Assembly (NCBI RefSeq): GCF_009914755.1
Contig: NC_060933.1
Strand: one strand, 5' to 3'
Source of the DNA: the human T2T-CHM13v2.0 reference genome, Homo sapiens
Length of the DNA stretch: 64,000 bases
Positions 1 to 16,265 of this stretch are shown in pieces (within the stretch, counting starts at the first letter, position 1; every line of letters begins with the position of its first letter). Both the position numbers and the translations under genes were made by a program. The notes below the pieces were generated by a model that saw nothing but the letters and a program-made list of their open reading frames with translations, was not told where the DNA came from and did not search any database.

Positions 1-238
1 GCAATCTCTGCTCACTGCAACCTCCACCTCCCATGTTCAAGCCATTCTCCTGCCTCAGCCTCCCAAGTAGCTGTGATTACAGGCATGCATCACGATGCCC
101 AGCTAATTTTATATTTTTAGTAGAGATGGGGTTTCACCATGTTGGCCAGGCTGGTCTCAAACTCCTGACCTCAGGTCATCCACCTGCCTCGGTCTCCCAA
201 AGTCCTGGGATTACAGGGATGAGCCACCACACCCAGCC
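1..238 (-). mobile_element. Alu (AluS-type), cut by window edge
   Basis: Typical antisense Alu sequence ending ccacacccagcc. Confidence 0.9.
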
Positions 239-240
239 TT

Positions 241-680
241 TACTGTCTTCTTCTGAACCCTCCAAACTATTCCAACCTCTGCCTGTTGCCCAGTTCCAAA
301 GTCACTTCCACATTTTAGTGTATCCTTATAACAGCACCCTATGTCTGTGGTACCAATTTACTGTATTAGTCTGTTTTCATGCTGTTATGAAGAACTCCTC
401 AAGACTGGGTAATTTATAAAGAAAAGAAGTTTAATTGACTCATAGTTTCACATGGCTGGGGATGCCTCAGGAAACTTACAATCATGGCCAAAGGCACCTC
501 TTCACAGGGTGGCAGCAGAAACAATGAGTTCTGAGTGAAGGAAGAAGCCCCTTATAAAACCGTCAGATCTTGTGAGAACTCACTATCACAAGAACAGCCT
601 GGAGAAAACCACCCCTGTGATTCAATTATGTCCATCTGGTCCCACCCTTGACACATAAGGATTATGGGAATTACAAGATT
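241..680 (-). mobile_element. MaLR THE1-type LTR (362-~680, truncated) plus start of internal sequence (241-361)
   Basis: tgtattagtctgttttcatgctg is the reverse complement of the THE1 LTR end. The adjacent ggtaccaatttac is the reverse complement of the THE1-int start. Confidence 0.85.
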
Positions 681-2256
681 ACACATTAATCTTAAATTAC
701 ACATTAATAAGTGTGTAATGAAACATCCCCTTTTTTTATTTGAGTTCATTTCAATAGATATGGAAATAATAGAAAATGCATCTGACATCAAATTCCTGGG
801 AAGTACAGGCAAAAAAAAAAAAAAAAAAAAAAAACAGATCTTTAAAGGTATTTGAATAAGTAAATGTTGCAGCCAAACCATATCACTTGTTAAAAATGCA
901 CATTAACCATTGAATCAAAACCATATATAAGCTTAGATAATTCAATTTCAACCAGATTATTCCTTTTATTCTTTAAATGATGGAGAACATTATAGCCATA
1001 GGCTCGTGCTGACAATTTTTCCTTAAATGAATGAAAAGATGAATTTATTTTTCTCAAAGAATTCTGTACCATTATAGGAATAAAAGATCAGCAGTTGTAA
1101 CAGGGAATGGCCAAAAAGCCTGAAATAACATTGCTGTTAAGAATTAGCTGTTACAAAATCGCCCCAAGAAATCTCAGTGCTCCACAAACTTCACATGGTT
1201 GAAGGCCATAATTATTATAAAAGTTGAACTATGTTAATTCAGAGATCACTGTCATTATTACTCTCAAGGATCCAAGAGCCATGCATAATCCCAGAACATT
1301 GCGTACCTAATCAGGAATGGAGAAGTAATGTCCTTTTGAATTTTATACCTCTGGGGCTGCCCATAAAAATCTTAGGATTTTGAGCTCTTTGAGGGTCATG
1401 ATTTTTACCTCTATTCTCTTTGTGTCCACAAACATCTAAGATATCAGTAATGTTATTCACTAATTTGCTGACAAAGAGGAAATTGAATAAAATTTAAATA
1501 TATTTACTCTGAAAGTAATAAAATTTAAATATATTTACTCTGACTATATGATCTTTAGAATAAACTAATTTTTCAGTGATTCATTCTGCACAATTTTAAA
1601 TCTTTTTCATAGTAACCTCAGTTTGCGTGACTTTAAATGGGAAAACTCACATTTTAAATGTATAATGAAACATCCTCATTTTTGATTTGAGTTCATTTCA
1701 ATAGATATGGAAATAATAGAAAATGTCCCTGAGGTCAAATTCCTGGGAAGTAGAAGCAAAAAAATACCAGATCTTTAAAGGTATTTGAATAAGTAAATGT
1801 TGCAGTCTGTACTTTATCAGTAAGCTATGATACAAAAAACAATGCATGGCAGTTGCTTGTCAATTTTGTGATTTATTCAGAAACATACATCTCTGCATAC
1901 ACTTACAGTTTTATACAGTAGTGCAAAACGTCAAAAGCACTGATGTTGCTCAAAGGAAATGTTAAGGAGCTAACTAAGGCTCGCTGCAAATTCCTTCACA
2001 AACCCGTCCAATCCTGTGAGCGTCGAGCGGCCTTCACATCACAGCCTGCATCCTGACAGGCCTGTGAGACCCATCCCGCTTCATGGAACGTGAGTCAGCA
2101 GCTCAGGGAAGGACAAGGACATCTACATAATTGGCTTGAAATATTCAACTTTTCAAAATTTTATATTTTCATACATATAAATATATATTCTAAAAATGTA
2201 TTTTTGTTTTTCTATCCGAACAGAAGTGCAATAATTCTTTAAAAATACTTCTAAAC

Positions 2257-3865
<1,609 letters not shown>

Positions 3866-5004
3866 CACAAAACAAAACAAGAAAACACAATACGTGTGTG
3901 TGTACCTATGCATGTGTGCGTCCATACAAGTGCACACACACATCCCCTTCACCTCCATTACTTTCCAAAGTGGACAAATGTGTAATTATTTCTAATTAAT
4001 CATTAGAAATACATCAAGGAACAAGTACAATAAGGCAAGTAAATTTACTGATATCCCATCAGAGATAAGTGGGACATTGCAAATTAACAACAATGGAGGA
4101 ACAAACCACAGTTTATTTTCTTACTTTATGAGACATCCTTTTTGAATTTTGAAAAATTATAGAGAAGTATCTTTAATTTGGTGTAGATGCTTAGTTATTC
4201 AAAAGGGAACTTAGAAAAATTAGAAGCAGGCCACTTCATTATTTTTCACAATAATAACCAATATGAAACTTTTCCTGGAAGACTAAAATCTTACCACAAA
4301 GAAATTAAGCAAAAACATTGGGCACTTCTTATATAAATACAGCCTGTTTTGAAATGGTATGTTTTTTAATTTTTACAAACATTTTCACTTGCAGATAATT
4401 TCGCATGTGCATAAAAGTTGAAAAAATATGCAAAGAACTCCCATATACCTACCCTTTACCCAGGTTTATCAATTGTTAACAGATCATCACACTTGTTTAT
4501 TCTAGATAGGTATTGATATAGATATACACACACATTTTTCTGAATTATCTAAGAGCAAGATGCAGACAGTATGCCCCTTTATTTCTATACACTAGTGTAG
4601 ATTTCCTAGGAACAAAGTCATTCCTTAAAGGAGGAAATTCAGTGAGGCTTTCTGCAGTAAATGACATTCTGAGCCAGCTGATTTGGCCTTGTGACCAATA
4701 TGAGGGACTATTTAACTTTGTATTTTTTTATCTCCTTCTTTCTTTACACCCAGTTATATTGTTTTCCATTTCGTTTACTCGCATAAATGTCAGATTTGTC
4801 CATGTGATTTATCAGGTTTATCAGAATATCAACTTGAATCTTTTCTTTTCTCTAACATTTATCTAAATATCTCAGGAGACTCTCATCCTTCCTTCTCTCC
4901 TTTATTCCATTTGCAAAGTTAAAAAAAAAGCCTCAATTATGGCATTTCAGTATTCATAGTAGTGCAGATAATACATTTATATCAAGGAAAAGAAACGCAT
5001 TTTA

Positions 5005-5301
<297 letters not shown>

Positions 5302-7436
5302 TCAAAGGTAAGGAGACATAATATAGAATTTGTACACCAGATTCTGAACTTATGACTATTTTTAAAGGATAATTTGAAAGTTATACCAGAATATGCTGCT
5401 TCTTGATTTGGTCTTATTTTGCTCTTTTTATTTCTTGTTTTTGTTTGTTGTTTGAGGTAGGAATTTAGTTGGTTGAGGACTTTATCACTTCTAATATAAA
5501 CATTTAGTAATAAAAATTTTCCTCTCACCTCTGCTTCAGCTGCATCTTACATATTTTCATATACCTTATTTTTATTTTAAATCAGTTGTATGCACTTTAG
5601 TATATTGTCAACAAGATAATATTTCTAAAATAAAAACCAAGACATCAAGGGTTTACTTTCTGAACATTTCTTAACATTAAATCAGCACAGCATCTTCCCA
5701 GATCTTTTCGTTTTTGGATGGCTCCATACTTTATTCCCTACCCACTTCCTCTTTCCTTTAAAGAATGATTAACAGATTCCATAGACAATATCAAATAAAA
5801 CCCGAAACATAACCAAAGTAATTGGAAGTAAAAGAGAAGGAAGGGTAAGATAGTTAACATAAACATGAACCAGTTTATACACTTTTTAATAATGTTTTTC
5901 TTTTACTTAAAAAATAAGTAGAGTGTAAAGGTAGTCCTTTGTTTAATCACTGAATCTCAAACTGTTTACTACAGAATAAAACAAGTAAAATAAATCATCA
6001 TCCATTATAAGCTTAATCAAGATGAGCACTGTTTAATCCTGATTAATTTATAACTAATTTTCTGCTGCTGGTACACTTTTTAAAAACAGCTTTGTTTAGC
6101 CATAATTTAAATTTTGTGTAATTTACTCACTTAAAATGTTTCATACATATTAATATATTCATTCAGTTGTTCAATCATCACCAAAGTTTCATTTTATAAC
6201 ATTTTTGGTACCCTCAAAGAGTCCCAGTACCCATTAGCAGTCACTTCCCATTCCTCCTCCACCTTACATCATTAGGCAACCACTGTCTAAACTTGCCTGT
6301 TTGGGAGATTTTATATAAACGGAATAATACAAAATGCACTCTTTGGTTCTGGTTTCTTTTATGCAGCATGATATTTACAAGAATATAATATTTTCACCCA
6401 GGTTGCAGCATGTGTTAGTACTTCATTCCTTTTGTTGGTCAATAACATGATATCATATATACGATATATGATACACCATATTGTATTTATCCATTCATCA
6501 GTTAATTAACATTGGGGTTGTTTTTACTTTTTGGCTATTATAAGTAATACTGTAATAAATATTAAAATTTTTTAAGAGCTTGTGAAGAATGGCACTAATT
6601 CTTCTTTAAATGATTGGTAGATATTATTCTAGAAATGATATCATTTCGTCAACATTATCTAATATGTTGACATTCTTTTTTTCATAGTACCTTTAATAGT
6701 TCTTTTTATTTCTATAAGGTCAATAGTAATGTCCCTCTTTCATTCTTAATTTTAGTAAGTTGAATCTTTCTTTCTCCCTGTAAGTGTAGCTAAAGTTTGT
6801 TAATTTTGTTAATCTTTTTAAAGACCCAACTCTTGGTTTTGTTGATTTGCTCTACCATTTTTTCTATTTCTTTAATTTCTATTTCAATGTTTATTATATC
6901 CTTTCTTCTGCTTATTTTTCATCATGATCTCATCTCTGACTCATTGGTTATTTAGAAGTATGTAGCTAATTTTTATAAGTTCTGCTTTTCCCAAAGTTCT
7001 TTCTGTTTTTAATTTCTAATTTAATTCCACTTTGATCAAAGAACAATCATTTTCTACTTTTTTTGAGGTTTGGTTTTTGGCCTAGCATGTGATCTATTTT
7101 AGGAACTGTTCCATGTGCACTTGAGAGTAATGTTCTGCTTTTGGGTGTACTGTACTGTCATCTAGCTAGTTTATACTGTTACTCAAATCCTCCATATTCT
7201 TGCTAGCATCTATTTAGCTTTTCTGATTATCGAAAGTGAGATACTGATGTCTGCTACGATTACCATCTCCAACTATTATTGTTGAATTCTACCTTTAATT
7301 CACCTTTAATTCTACCTTTAATTTTTGCTTTGTAGATTTTGGAAAAATTTCGTTCAGTGCACATAGGTTTATAATTTTTATACCTTCTTGATATATTGTC
7401 TCTTTAACATTACAGCATGTCCTTCTTTATCTCTGA

Positions 7437-7617
7437 TGTATCAGTCTGTTCTCACAGTGCTAATAAAGACATACTTGCGACTGGGTAATTTATAAACGAA
7501 AGAGGTTTGACCTGGCTAGGGAGGCCTCACAATCACGGTGTAAGGCAAGGAGGAGCAAAGTCACATCTTACAATCATAGCGGCACGCAAGAAAGCATGCT
7601 TTATAAAAGCATCACAT
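7437..7617 (-). mobile_element. Truncated THE1/MST LTR
   Basis: Starts tgtatcagtctgttctcacagtgctaataaagacatac; matches the MaLR LTR end. Confidence 0.8.
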
Positions 7618-7942
7618 GGCCGGGCGCTGTGGCTCACGCCTGTAATCCCAGCACTTTGGGAGGCCGAGGCGGGCGGATCATAAGGTCAGGAGATCAAGAC
7701 CATCCTGGCTAACACGGTGAAACCCCGTCTCTACTAAAAATACAAAAAAATTAGCCGGGCGAGGTGGCGGGCGCCTGTAGTCACAGCTACTCCGGAGGCT
7801 GAGGCAGGAGAATGGCGTGAACCCCGGGGGGCGGAGTGTGCAGTGAGCCGAGATCGCGCCACTGCACTCCAGCCTGGGCGACAGCGAGACTCCGTCTCAA
7901 AAAAACAAAAACAAACAAAAACAAACACAAACAAACAAACAA
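7618..7942 (+). mobile_element. AluYe-lineage element with (CAAA)n tail
   Basis: gccgggcgaggtggc, gaaccccggggggcgg and gcgacagcgagac match AluYe5-type features as I recall them. 13-bp TSD aaaagcatcacat at 7605-7617 and 7943-7955. Confidence 0.85.
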
Positions 7943-7955
7943 AAAAGCATCACAT

Positions 7956-8715
7956 AACTGGTATGAGATAGTATCTCATTGTGGTTTTGATTTGCCTTTC
8001 TCTAATGACCAGCGATGATGAGCTTTTCTTCATATGTTTGTTGGCTGCATAAATGTCCTCTTTTGAGAAGTGTCTGTTCATATCCTTTGCCCACATTTTG
8101 ATGGGGTTGTTTGTCTCTTGTAAATTTGTTTAAGTTCTTTGTAGATTCTAGATATTCGCCTTTTGTCAGATGGACAGATTGTAAAAATTTTCTCCCATTC
8201 CGTAGGTTGCCTGTTCACTCTGATGATAGTTTCTTTAGCTGTGCAGAAGCTCTTTAGTTTAACCAGATCCCATTCGTCTATTTTGGCTTTTGTTGCCATT
8301 GCTTTTGGTGTTTTAGTCATGAAGTCCTTGCCCATGCCTATGTCCTGGATGGTATTGCCTAGATTTTCTTCTAGGGTTTTTATGGTTTTAGGTCTTATGT
8401 TTAAGTCTTTAATCCATCGTGAGTTAAATTTTGTATAAGGTGTAAGGAAGGGGTCCAGTTTCAGTTTTCTGCGTATGGCCAGCCAGTTTTCCCAATACCA
8501 TTTATTAAATAGGCAATTATTTCCGCATTGCTTGTTTTTGTCAAGTTTGTCAAAGATCAGATGGTTGTAAATGTGTGGTGTTATTTCTGAGGCCTCTGTT
8601 CTGTTCCATTGGTCTATATCTCTGTTTTGGTACCAGTACCATGCTGTTTTGGTCACTGTAGCCTTATAGTATACTTTGAAGTCAGGTAGCATGATGTCTC
8701 CAGCTTTGTTCTTTT
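7956..8715 (-). mobile_element. L1PA ORF2 fragment
   Basis: ORF 8078-8842 encodes [27 protein letters not shown]... (L1 ORF2p C-terminal region). Confidence 0.92.
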
Positions 8716-9078
8716 TACTTTTGCATCTTTTAAAGAAGCTGAGGAAGAAAGGAGGGCAAGTATACATTTGTAAAGTTTGTGATATTAATCTTCTTATCTG
8801 CCATTTCTGGTTCTCTTTATTTTTGTACACCTGAAAAACCATCTGGTGTCAACCTATTGGTTGGTCCAATATGGATTTGCTCATATCCTTTTGCCATTAT
8901 TGTCAAATATATTACATTTCCATAGGTTACGAATCCAACAATCTGTGTATATACATATCATTTTATGCAATTGCATTTTAAATCATTTAAGGAAAGAAGA
9001 CAAAATATCCAATTATACTCTAACAATTATCTACATAATTCAATTTACCAGCCTCTTTGTTTTCTCATATGGGGTTGA

Positions 9079-9484
<406 letters not shown>

Positions 9485-12400
9485 AGAAAATGTCTATTTA
9501 ATCTTAAGTCTTAGCATATAGTTTTGCTAGATATAAGATTCTTGGTCTCTTATTTTCTTTAATCACTTTTAATATGTCATTCCACTTTCTTCTGCCTTCT
9601 ATTACTTATGATGAGCAATTAGTTTTTAATCTTATTGGAGTTTCCTTTATGTGATAAATCTATATATGAATATCAATTGGATCCTGTTGGTGAACTGTGT
9701 AGTTCATATTTTTCTATATCTATGCTAATTTTCTGACTAGTAATTCTGTCAGCTAGTGAGAAGGTTGGAATCCCCAACTATAATTGTAGATTTGTCTATT
9801 TCTTCTTTCAGTATTCTCTGCTTTTGCTCCATGTATTTTAAAATTCTGTTGGTTTATATACATTTAGGATCATTGTGTCTTCATAGTAGCTTGGCTTTTA
9901 AAAATATGTAATATCTTTCTTTGTCTTTAGTAATTTTCCTTACTCTGAAGTCTCTCCATCAGATATTAATATGGCCATTCCTGCATTATTTTGTTAATAT
10001 TTGCATATTATGTCTTTTTCATGCATTTAATTTCAATTTACCTATTTTATTAAATGTAAAGTAGGTTTCTTATAAACAGCTTATGATTAGGATATTTTGA
10101 AATCTACTTTGCTAATCTCTCACTTTTTATTAATGTATTTAGATAATTTTAAAAAATAAGATGCTTCATTTTTTACTAAGTTTTAGGTTTACAGAAAAAA
10201 AGATGAAAGAAAAAAACAGTTCCCGTATACCTCCCTGCAGTTTCTCCTATTTTTAGCATCTTACATGAGTGTGGCACATTTGTTAGAATCCATGACCCAG
10301 TATTGATACACCATTAGTTACTAAAGCCCATAGTTTATATTAGGCTTCACTCTTTGTGATTGACGTTCCATGGGTTTGGACAAATATATAATGGCATGTA
10401 TCCAAAATTACTCTGTCATACATAATAGTGTTACTATTCTGAAAATCTCTTGTGTTCAATTTACCCCTAGTCCCCTTTCCCTCAAACTCCTGGCAATCAC
10501 TGAGCTATTTACTGTGTCTGTAATTTTTCATTTTCCAGAATGCCATGTAGTTGGAATCATACAGAAATTAGTTCGTTAGACCTCGAACTTCGTTCTTCTC
10601 CTTCAATATTATGTTGGCTGTTCTGGATCTTTTGTCATTTCATATAAACTTTTGAACCAGTTTGTGGATATCCACTTAATAATTTGCTGGAATTTTGATT
10701 GGGGTTCCATTAAATCTACAGATCAAGTTTTGAAGAAATGACATTATGACAATATTGAGTCTTCTTATCCATGTACATAGAATATCTCTCCATTTATTTA
10801 GATCTTCTTTGATTTCTTTCATCAGTTTGTAGTTTTTTCTCATATAAACTTTGTACATATTTTATTCTATTTATACTCCATTTATTTAGATCTTTGATTT
10901 CTTTCACCAGAGTTTGTAGTTTTCTCATATAAACCTGGTACGTATTTTATTCAATTTATGCCTAAACATTTCTCTTTTCAATGCTAAAGTAAATGGTATT
11001 TTGCTTTTAATTTCAAATTCCAATTGCCCATTGCTGGTATATCAGAAATCAATTGACTTTTGTACATTAACATTATATTCTACAACCTTACTATAACCAC
11101 ATGTTAGTTCCACAAATGTTTTGGTTGATTTTGGGGGGATTTTTTACATAAACCTTCATGCCATCTGTGAGCAGAGTCTTATTTCTTTCTTCCAAATCTG
11201 TTTAACTTTTATGTGTGTTTCACGTTTTATTGCATTAGCTAGGACCCTCAGTATGATGTTGAGTAAGGTGAGAGCAGGCATTCTTGCCTTGTTTTTCATC
11301 TTACCAGGAAAGCATCTAACTTCTTACCAGGGAATATGATGTTAGCTGTAGGTTTCCTATAGACATTGTCACTTTGAGGAAGTTTCCCTCTATTCCTAAT
11401 TTGCCGAGAGTTATCGTTAATGGATGTTGGATTTTGTCAAATGTTTTTCTGCATCTGGTGATGTGATCTTGTTTTTTTTCTTTTTCTTGTTAATGTGATG
11501 AAATATATCAGTTTATTTTCAATTGTTGAACTAGCCTTTCATAATTAGGATAAGGTCCACTTCATCATCTTTTTACACATTATTGGATCCAATTTGCTAA
11601 TACTTTGTTCAGGATTTTTGCTTAATGAAAGATAGTGCTCTTTGTTTTTTCTTTCTTGTAATGTCTTCGGTTTTGGTGTATGGTAATAATGACCTCATAG
11701 AATAACTAGGGAAGCATTCTGTATGCTTCTATTTTTTGGAAAAGATTCTGGAGAATTGTTATAATTTTTCTTTTAAGTGTTAGAATTTACCAGAGAACTC
11801 TCTGGGGCTTGGTACTTTCTATTTTATCAGCTTATTAATTATTGATTCAGTTCCTTTGATAGATATAGGACAACTCAGATTGTCTTTTTCTCCTGGTGTG
11901 AATTTTAGTAGATTGTATATTTCAAAGAAGTGCTGCATTTTATGTCGGTTATCAAACTTATGAAGTTGTTAATAATATTTCTTTATTTTTTTAAATGTTT
12001 TAATGTCCATAGTATCTATAGAGGTGGTTCTTCTTTAAATGTTGATATTAATAATTTGTATTCTTTTTCTCTCTTACTCTGGATAGAGATTTACCAATTT
12101 TATTTATCTTTTCAAAGAATCAGATTTTTATTTGTTGATTTTTTTCTATTGATTTTTCTGTCTTCAATTTTATTGATTTTTATATTTTTCTTCTCCTTAT
12201 TTTGAGTCTAATTTGTTCTTCCTTTACTAGCTTCCTAAGGTGAAAAGTTAGATTATTAATTTTAGACCCTCCTTGGGATGCAACATGTACATTCAATGCT
12301 ATAATTTTGGTCTAAGCATTGTTTTACTGCATTTCACACTTTCGTAAGATGTAAGCGAAAATGAAAAGCTATGACCACCCTCTATAACTTACCGCAGGAG

Positions 12401-13092
12401 CTTTTCCATCCCCTTAATTTTTATCTCTATGGGTCTTCAAATTTAAAGTTGTATTTTCATTTTCATTTAGTTCAAAATATTTTACAATTCCTCCTGAGAC
12501 TTCCTTGATCCATTTTTTATTTAGAAGTGTGATGTTACGCCTTCATGTATTTTAATGTTTTCCAGTCATCTTTCTGAATTTGATTTCTAGCTTAATTTCA
12601 CTGTAGTCATAGAGCATAATTTGCATGACTTACATGCTTTTAAATAAGTTGCTTTTTAATGGCCTAGATAGTGATGTGTCTTTGTGAACATTCCATGGGA
12701 GCTTCAGAAGCATGTGTATTCTGCTGTTGGGTGAATTATTCTACACATGTCAATTGGATTAATGTCACTGCTGACTTGAATTATAATATGTCTTCCCTAA
12801 TTTTTTGCCTGCTTAATCTGCTAATTACTAGTAGAGAGATGTTAAAGTCTCAAAGTACAGTAGTAAATTCATCTATTTTTCCTTGAAGTTCTATTAGTTT
12901 TTGCCTAACATATAGTGATGCTCTGTTTTTAGGTGTGTAAACACTAAGGATTGTTATGTCTTCTTGGAGAACTGACCGCATTTTTATTATGTAATTACTC
13001 TCTTTATTTCTGATAATTCTTCTTGTTCTGAAGTGGGATGTGTCATTAATAGAGCTACTCCTGCTTTCTTTGGATTACTGTTAGCATGCTAT

Positions 13093-13664
13093 TGTTGCCA
13101 GTGGGCTGTTTCAGGTTCTTGACTTTGCTGCACAAAAAACTTTGAGAACGAGTCCAAAGTAACAGTAAGCAAAAGAGTTTATTGCAAAGCAAAAGTACAC
13201 TCTGACAGCTGATCAGAGCAGGCTGCTCAAAGGTGAGACAGCCCTGTCTGATGCAGGGGGATCGCCCTTTATGGGAGATTTACATGATTATTCATGGAGG
13301 GGTGGGAAGGGGTGTTCTGATGAGTATGTTATGGGTAGTCCCCTGGCTGCACAGGTGCTGTGGTTGTACATGCTAGGACTTAACATTGCATGTATCATTA
13401 GCATCTTAAATCTCCACCCAGGGGTGTTTTTCTTTTACTATTATAGTGAATATAGGTCAGTCCAAGGACACTAATCATGGGTTTCTGTGCTTGTGTGAAT
13501 TTGGGAATTCTCCCTTCTATTTTTCTACCTCCTTGCTGCAGGATGTTCTAACCCTGAGCCCATGATGTGGTTTGTGCACTGTCGGGTAGTTTATTCTCTC
13601 CATCTATTTAGCAAGTTTGTTCTCCTTTAAGGGAGGCTATGACCACCCTTTATAATTTACCTCA
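13093..13664 (-). mobile_element. Solo ERV1 (MER4-group) LTR
   Basis: TG...CA termini, near-TSD ctat/gtat, and MER4-group-like end tgttgccagtgggctgtttcaggttcttg. Exact family not assigned. Confidence 0.7.
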
Positions 13665-15944
13665 GTATCTTTTCCATCCCCTTAATTTTTATCTCTATGA
13701 GTCTTCAAATTTAAAATGAGCTTCTTGTAGACAGCTGGGTCTTGTTTTTTGATTTACTATGACAGTCTCTGTATTTTAATTGGTGTGTTTTAGACCATTG
13801 ACAGTTAAGATGATTATTGATATAGCAATTAATATGTACCATCTGTGTTAATGATTTTTCTTTGCCGTCCTTGCTCTTAGTTATTTTTGTCGCGCATAGT
13901 TTTCTACTTTTTGTGTTTTAATTGAGCACTTTATATAATTTCATTTTCTCTCCTCCCTTAGCATATCAATTATACTTTTTTAAAGTTTTAAAACATTAGT
14001 CCTAGAGTTCGCAATATATTTTTACAACTAATCCAAGTACACTTTCAAATGACACTATACCACTTCACAGGTAGAAGATATATTAATAACACAATATTCC
14101 TAATTCTTCCTTCCTTTCCCTTTTATCATTGCTATCTCTCACTTCATGTACACAAAAGTATACAAAAGCATATATATATGCATACATAACCATATATTGT
14201 TGCTATTATTATTTTGAGCAAACTATTATGTCTTTGATCAATTAAGAACAAAAAAATGAATGTTTTACTTTACTTTTACTTATTAATTCATTGACTCTCT
14301 TCTTTTATTTATGTAGATTGGAGTGTCTGACCTACATCATTTTCTTTCTGAACTTCTGTTAACATTTCTTGCAAGGTAGGTCTACCAGTAACAATGCCTT
14401 CAGGTTTTGTTTGTCTGAGAAGAACTTTAGTTCTTATTACTTTTGAAGGATAATTTTACAGTGTGCAGAAATCTAGGCTGGTGGTTTTTCTCTCAACCTC
14501 ACTCTTCTTGCTTGCATGGTTTCTAAGAAAATTTAAGAAGTAATTCTTATTTTTGCTCCTTTATATGTAAGGTATTTTTCCTCTCTGGCTTCTTTCAAGA
14601 CTTTTTTTTTCTTATTTTTGATTTTCTGAAGTTGAATATGAAATGCCTAGGTGTAATTTTTCTTTTCATGTATCCTGTTTGGTGTACTCTGAGCTTTCTT
14701 GATCTCTGGTTTGGTGTCTGACACTAGTTTGGAAGGAATTTTCAGTCATTATTGTTTCAAATATTGCTTCCATTTTTTTCTCTCTTTCCTGTCCTTTTAA
14801 AATTCCCAATATATGTATTAACTCCTTTTGTAGTTTTGTTACAGTTCTTTGATATTCTATTCTGTTTTTACTGAGTAATTTTTTTCCTTGCTCTTTAGTT
14901 TTGGAAATTTCTATTATCATATCATCAAACTCAAAGATTCTTTTTTGGCTATGTCCAGTCTATTAATGAGCCCATCAAAGCCCTTCTTTATGTCTATTAC
15001 AATGTCTTTGATCTCCAGCACTTCTTTTTTGATTTTTTTCTTTGTATCCCCATCTCTCTGTTTACATAATTCATCTGTTCTTGCATGTTGTCTGTTTACT
15101 AGAGTCCTTAGCACATTAATCACAATTATTTAAAATATCTGCTTTGATAATTCCAACATTCCTGCCATACTTGACTCTGCTTATGATGCTTATTCATACT
15201 TTTGAAACTGTTTTTTTCTTTGCATTTCAGTCTATCTTGGAATTTTTTTTGTTGAAAAGTGAACACAATGTACTAAGTAAAAGCAGCTATAGTAAATAGG
15301 CCTTTAGTAATGTAGTGATAGAGTGTAAGGGGAAGGGGAGCATTCTATAGTCCTATGATTAGGGCTCAGTCTTTTGGTGAGACTGTGCCCCTTGACTGTG
15401 AACTTCATCAGTGCTTCTCAGTTCCTCCCCGACTTTAGATGAGACATAATGGCTGAAGGGAGGATGAAGTTGTATATTTCCCTTTTTCCATGTGGAAATC
15501 TAAAAGGGATTGTAGTTGAGTGTTTCTCTTCCCCCACATGAAAGGCCAGAAGGAGATGGAGTTATTTATTCCCTTTTGTGCATGTGGAAGGCTACAGCCA
15601 GTTGAGTATTTTCCTTCTGTCACATATAGTAGGCTCTGATAAAACCCCAGCAGATTAGGCCCTAGTAAAATAGTTTCTCCTGGTGCAGGTCTTGTGAAAA
15701 AGAACTGAATACTCCAGCATGTTTCCAAATGGTTCCTTTCCCCTTCCTCCTGCCAGAAGCATGAGGACATTTTTTCCAACATTCACTGAGAACCTAGTAG
15801 AGTTTCTGGAGGCATAATTCACAAAAGTATGGAGACCTTCAATGAGTGTACCCACTTGAAGTTTTTAACTTTCAGAGTTGTTCACATTGAGCTCCAGCAA
15901 TTTGTTAATTACAGTTTCAGGTTTTTCTACTTCAGCACTGGTGA

Positions 15945-16265
15945 TTTTTTTTTGTGTGTTTTTTTGTTTTTTGTTTTTTCTTTGGTGGAGTTTTGCTCTG
16001 TTGCACAAGCTGGAGTACAATGACATGATCTTGCCTCACTGCAATCTCCACCTCCCGGCTTTAAGCAATTCTCCTGCCTCAGCCTCTTGAATAGCTGGGA
16101 TTACAGGTTCCCGCCAACATGCCCAGCTAATTTTGGTATTTTTAGTAGAGATGGGGTTTCACCGTGTTGGCCAGGCTGGTCTTGAACTCCTGACCTCAGG
16201 TGATCTGCCCACCTCGGCCTCCCAAAGTGCTGGGATTACAGGCGTGAGCCACTATGCCCAACCCA
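15945..16265 (-). mobile_element. AluS
   Basis: Full antisense Alu with T-rich tail. Confidence 0.9.
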
